From Macrostomum hystrix (taxonomy: Eukaryota > Animalia > Platyhelminthes): DNA of 64,000 nucleotides. Location: positions 2,542,001 to 2,606,000 of the forward strand of contig CATNEN010000041.1 in the NCBI GenBank assembly GCA_950097015.1, in the 5' to 3' direction. A program made the translations under genes and the position numbers. The stretch's first letter is position 1. Every line of letters starts with the position of its first letter. Below, piece by piece: positions 58,690-64,000 of the stretch. The notes below the pieces were generated by a model. That model had not been told where the DNA came from and searched no databases. It saw nothing but the letters and a program-made list of their open reading frames with translations.

Positions 58690-61600
58690 ATGCTCCTACA
58701 GCAACCGCCTGTCCTGATGGTGCTGGGCCGAAGCCGACGGGCGCGAGCTCTGCTGGCCAATCACCTGCTGCACTGCCGCCTTCTCCCCCTGCCACCGACC
58801 GGTAACCTATGAGTGACTGCTTTCTAAGCACTTTTGAGCAGACACCAGGCACTAAAAAATAACCCCTTGGCCCACCGGCCACCTTCAGATGACAGCGAAG
58901 ACGCTAGCGCCTCCTGGCGCCCCGTTCGGCTGCGCTTCTCCGCCGCTGCGTCCACCGCAGCCACCGTCGTGACGCTTAACGAAAGCGATCTTCGACCGCT
59001 GTCGGATGACGCTGCCGCAGAGCTGGAGGTTCCGCTGAATCACCCGCTGCTGCGGGACGGCGCCGACCTGCTGGTTGCCGACGCCAGACCCTCCGAATTT
59101 TCCTCGCCTTTGATCTGCCTGTACGCCCTGCCGCGCAGTCGCTGCCTGACCCCGGTCGAGGCGCGCGACCTTCAGCGCCTGCACTCAGCATCGGCCGCCG
59201 GCCCCTGCTGTCCAGTTTTGTTCGCTCGACCACCTGCCGAATCGTCGGGCTCGGATGCTCCAGCTGCGGCGTCGACCAAGTCGCCGACATCCAATCGCCT
59301 GTGTGATCAGCTGAGTGAGCTCGGCTTCCTGCGGTCTGAGGATGCCGCCGCAGCAGAAGACGAAGATGTCGAAACGTCGGGTGCCACTGCGGCCTCCGAG
59401 CTGTTGGACGACTTCCAGGCCGGCTGGCCCCGCGTGGTCGCCTTCGTCCGTCGGGCTCTGCAGCGGATTCTGGTGCGGGTAGCTGCCCTGCTGAATGAGA
59501 GCCACTGCGCCGTGCTTAACAGCTTCATCCTGCTGGCATTCGACTTGTCCCGGTGGGTCAGGCTGCAGCTCCGCCAAGCTAATTTCTGTATTTACTTGCC
59601 TATCCGTGGTGAGTCTTCATAATCTGCTTCAACTTTCTCCCCAATTCCTGTCCGCAGCGACCTAATGGTGACGCCCCAGAAGGTGCAGTTCGCCCGCCGC
59701 CAGGAACAGCAACTGTTTAACTTGCTGTGTGAGGTGGCGGACAGCAAGCAGGAGGAGATGCGGCAGCTCGTAGCAGCCACCCTCGCCAGTATGCGCGACA
59801 GCCTTCTGAGCGACGCCGCCGAGTACCAGTTCTCAGGCGGCGGCAACGGCGCCGGAGCCACCGACGGCGACTGCAAGCGATGCGCCGGCGAGATTCGCGA
59901 CCTGGTGATGTCGCGGCTGGGCGCGGCCATCGGGGAGCAGCTGGTGCAGTCGGTCAGCCTGTTCCGCGACGCCTACGCGGGCACCCTTAGCCGCTGCCTA
60001 GAGGGCCTAGAGGAGGGCGGTGACGCTGAGGCCACAGCGGGCGGCGGCGGCGACTGCAGCGCTACGGAGGCTCTGCGGCGAATCGTCAGTGCCGCCTACC
60101 AGGTGGAGGTGACTGCCAGGTCGGGCTCCTCTTATGCGCGCTCGCTTCGTGACCTGCTGTGGGAGGTGAGCGATCTGAGATCTGCAATCTGAGAGCTCTC
60201 GCTGCCAATTTGATGCTCACTAGAGAGCTCTCGCTGCCAGTGTGATGCTCACTAGAGAGCTCTCGCTGCCAGTGTGATGCTCACTAGAGAGCTCTCGCTG
60301 CCAGTGTGATGCTCACTAGAGAGCTCTCGCTGCCAGTGTGATGCTCACTAGAGAGCTCTCGCTGCCAGTGTGTGCTCACTAGAGAGCTCTCGCTGCCAGT
60401 GTGATGCTCACTAGAGAGCTCTCGCTACCAGTGTGATGCTCACTAGAGAGCTCTCGCTACCAGTTTGATGCTCACTAGAGAACTCTCGCTATCATTGTCC
60501 ACAATGCATTACACCAATGCAATAGCATTTTGATTGCGTACTATTGTAATTTCCCGTGCTCGAAATATCCCGCATCCGCTTAACTGCCCTCGGACCAACC
60601 CGCAGCTGGCTGGCGCGCTGCCCTGGTCCTCGGCGCCAAAGCTGGACGCAGACTGGCGCCGCCGCGTAGCCTCGGACATGCTGGACGGGCTGTCCGACCA
60701 CCGGCTGGCCAGGCACATGTGCGCCCAGCTGTCCGAGCGAATTCGAGCCGCGCACGAAACATTCCTCGTTGCGATGCGCCGCCTGGAGGAGCGGGCGGCT
60801 GCGCGCACTCGCGCCTGCGAGGAGCAGCGGGACCTCATCCGCGTGCGACATGCGCCCCGCATCGCCCGGCTGGCACTGGAGTCCGCCTCCATCCGGGACA
60901 TGATCCTCTACGGTGCGCCAAGCAGAATCATCCCCTGCTGTTTACCCAGGATAAATCCCCCCAGAACTGGCCACCCATGAGAAATCATTTTAAACGACTT
61001 ACCACTGAGAAGAATTTTCTCATTTTCTCGCCGCTCCCCTTTGATACAGCATGGGATTACCGGACATGGCCTTTCCCTGTTCTCCTATTTCCATTCGGTA
61101 CAGGCATGCCGCAGTTCTCCCGCGAGATCGGTCGCGGGCAGTACGGCATCGTTTACTCCTGCGACTCCTGGGGCGGCCGCGGTCCGGTGGCCATCAAGTC
61201 CGTTGTGCCGCCGGATGACAAGCACTGGAACGACCTGGCTTTGGAGTTCTACTATACCAAGTAAGCACTGCTCAGCCTGATTCTCAGCTAGAAACTTCAG
61301 GGAAGTGAAACTTCAGGGAAGTGAATCTTCAGGGAAGTGAATCTTCAGGGAAGTGAATCTTCAGGGAAGTGAAACTTCAGGGAAGTGAATCTTCAGGGAA
61401 GTGAAACTTCAGGGAAGTGAAACTTCAGGGAAGTGAATCTTCAGGGAAGTGAAACTTCAGGGAAGTGAATCTTCAGGGAAGTGAAACTTCAGGGAAGTGA
61501 AACTTCAGGGAAATGAAACTTCAGGCTAGCAAGTCACCCAGCCATTGTCTCCTCCGAATGCCGGTTAAAAAACTCCCCGCTCCCTTAGGCAGCTGCCGCA

Positions 61601-63025
61601 GCACGATCGCATTGTGCCTGTGCTCGGAGTTGTCACCAACTACGCCTACGGCTGCGGCGGCAGCGGCGGAGGAGGTGGCGGCTGCGGAGGTGGCGGCCTG
61701 ACGGACTCGGAGCTCCTATTGATCAGCTCCACTTCAGCACCGGCTGCTAACACGTCAGCTTCGCCGGAGATCCTCATCATCTCGGAGCTGATGGGCTGGG
61801 ATCTGCACCGAGCCATCCAGGCCGGCTCGCTCAGCCTCGCAGCCAGGTGAAGCCGGCAGGCGCTGGCTCCGTGACAGTCGCGCTTTCTGAATGCTTCCGC
61901 ACCAGCAGCTGCGTTCCCATCGCTTTTCCCATTGTGCCGCATCATCCCAGATCCCACTGTAGCACAGGCTTTGCTCCCGTCAATCAATCCCAGATCCCAC
62001 TGTGGCACAGGCTGTGCTGCCGTCAATCAATCCCAGATCCCACTGTGGCACAGGCTGTGCTCCCGTCAATCAATCCCAGATCCCACTGTGTTCCCCGCCC
62101 ATAGACTAATCCCGATTCTCCACTCGCGCCTCCCAGGCTGCAGGTGGCTTGCGATGTGGTGGAGGGCATCCGGTTCCTGCACAGCCGCGGTCTGGTGCAC
62201 CGTGACGTGAAGCTGAAAAATGTGCTGCTGGACAGGCGCAACCGGGCCAAGCTGACGGACCTGGGCTTCTGCAAGCCGCACGCCATGATGAGCGGCAGCA
62301 TCGTGGGTACCCCCATCCACATGCCGCCTGAGCTCTTCACCGGCCGCTACGACTCTTCGGTTAGAGCAGTGCTGTCAGGGGTGCCATTCTGTATTGTCCG
62401 TGGTGCCATTTAATTCTATCAGTTGTGCCATTCTGTGCTGTCAGTGGTGCCATTCTGTATTGTCAGGAGTGCCATTCTGTGCTGTAAGGGGTGCCATTTA
62501 GTTCTATCAGTGGTGCCATTTAGTTCTATCAGTGGTGCCATTTAGTTCTATCAGTGGTGCCATTCTGTGCTGTCAGGGGTGCCATTCTGTGCTGTCAGGG
62601 GTGCCATTCTGTGCTGTCAGGGATGCCATTCTGTGCTGTCAGGGGTGCCATTCAGTTCTGTCAGTGGCCATGCCCATCGAATCGGCTCTACCCAGGTGGA
62701 TGTGTACGCCTTCGGCATTCTGTTCTGGTACGTCTGCGCCGATACGGTCCGCCTGCCGTACAACTTCGAGCAGTGCAGCAGCCGGGATGCTCTCTGGAGC
62801 TCCGTGAAGCGCGGCATTCGCCCGGAGCGGCTGCCGGTTTTCTCCGACCAGTGCTGGGACCTCATGCGCCAGTGCTGGGACGGCCTGCCCGACCGCCGGC
62901 CCCTGCCCGGCCACCTCCTGCCCACCCTGCAGGCCCTGCTGGCCGAGGCCCAGACCGCCCCTGCCTCCGCTGCCTGCGCCACCGGCGGCCCGGCGTCAGG
63001 ACATCCCGTGAATGACCTACTTTGA
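58690..63025 (+). CDS. DSTYK: Dual serine/threonine and tyrosine protein kinase (Dusty/RIPK5)
   Basis: Exons ~58690-58801, 58889-59552, 59658-60165, 60606-60912, 61104-61260, 61589-61846, 62137-62359 and 62696-63025 splice in frame. Motifs [86 protein letters not shown]. Start codon uncertain. Confidence 0.95.
60190..60490. repeat. 32-bp intronic minisatellite (GAGAGCTCTCGCTGCCAGTGTGATGCTCACTA)
   Basis: About 9 copies; each has the palindrome GAGAGCTCTC. Confidence 0.95.
61295..61520. repeat. 16-bp intronic repeat (GAAACTTCAGGGAAGT)
   Basis: About 14 copies. Confidence 0.95.
61928..62090. repeat. ~43-46-bp intronic repeat (TCCCAGATCCCACTGTGGCACAGGCTG...) x3-4
   Basis: Direct inspection. 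Confidence 0.85.
62383..62665. repeat. 21-bp intronic repeat (GTGCCATTCTGTGCTGTCAGG)
   Basis: Direct inspection. Confidence 0.9.
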
Positions 63026-63140
63026 CCGTGAAGGATCTACATTGACCCGTGAATGACCTACATTGACCCCGTGACTGACCTACTTTGACCCGTGAATGAC
63101 CTACTTTGACCCATGAAAGACCTACTTTGACCCCGTGAAT
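63006..63140. repeat. ~21-bp repeat overlapping the DSTYK stop (GTGAATGACCTACTTTGACCC)
   Basis: Direct inspection. Confidence 0.85.
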
Positions 63141-63582
63141 ACATATTTTGACGCGTGTAAATCTGTCGTGACTCACCTGACAAGTGAACTGTTAGCGGTA
63201 ATCCCTTCATCCTGCAGCTGACCCTATATGTTTTGCGCATCTTTACTTCTTCGTCTTTCCTTAACAAACTGAGGCCTCGCGAAGCTCCCGGCGACATTCT
63301 TGTGGCCTCCAGCAAGATCAGGCGCTAACACCGTTGAGTTCCTGGCCCATCGGATGTGAGCTGTCTGCTGGAGTTGCAAGAGTGCTGACAAAAGTAGTAT
63401 CTTTCTTAATAATTTGTAAACGAGTTATTTATTCAGTATTCCGGTTCGTGTATGCAGTCCAACAGATTTTATATATCACTATCGAATTGGCTAAATATAT
63501 TAAATTGATTCACTTCCAGTTTACGATTGTTTATTGTGTTCAAGTGCCTCTTTTTAGGGCTGGTAACGTATAGGCGACTATA

Positions 63583-63870
63583 GGAGGTGAGTGGCAAAGC
63601 GGTCTAATGCCTGTTGCACCAAGGTCCCTGAGTTCGATTCCTAGGAGAGGCCACAGGCGCGGAGAGATGAGTTTGGGGGCTTGTCATGCAATCAACTCCC
63701 TCAAGGGCCAACTTCCAAGGCAGTGAAAGAGCCTCACGAAAAAATTGAGGGCAGATGTACACCGCTGTGGACTGCGTACAGAATCCCTGTGCGTGTCTGC
63801 TCAGGAGTCAAACAGGAGTGCTGAGGAGTGAAAATGTCTAATTGTTTGCCCACAGCCCTCCAGCAAATAT
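63583..63870 (+). mobile_element. tRNA-derived SINE (family 1)
   Basis: A box TGGCAAAGCGG, B box GAGTTCGATTCC at 63630; body similar to 43728-44098. Confidence 0.8.
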
Positions 63871-63907
63871 GAATGCTTGTACAGGTGGCTATACGGCAGG
63901 ACAAGTA

Positions 63908-64000
63908 AATGGACAGGTGACTCTATACCAGGTCTGGTAATGGACAGGTGACTATATACCAGGTCTGGTAATGGACGGGTGACTCTATACCAGGTCTGGT
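63908..64000. repeat. 31-bp repeat (AATGGACAGGTGACTCTATACCAGGTCTGGT), runs off the window
   Basis: 3 copies visible. Confidence 0.85.

Overview
Animal genomic DNA. The GC-rich exons separated by minisatellite-filled introns resemble Macrostomum-type flatworm DNA, but the species is an inference. The left ~31 kb is a nested mobile-element landscape. It holds an RTE remnant interrupted by a decayed Ingi/I-type LINE, a sugar-transporter pseudo-exon, a 5.3-kb 30-bp satellite and an intronless 537-aa ORF with degenerate CBM20 domains. It also holds a Mag-type Gypsy element carrying an apparently intact 4,070-bp LINE, followed by a Polinton/adintovirus-like capsid module (major capsid plus penton) and further Gypsy debris. 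The intact LINE has a 12-bp TSD, a 5'-terminal HDV-like ribozyme fold, a 2A-like peptide and one APE-RT-RNase H ORF. The right half has three spliced host genes (SUCLA2-like, GLG1, DSTYK), tRNA-derived SINEs and many minisatellites. All calls come from reading the sequence and recognising motifs; no searches were run.
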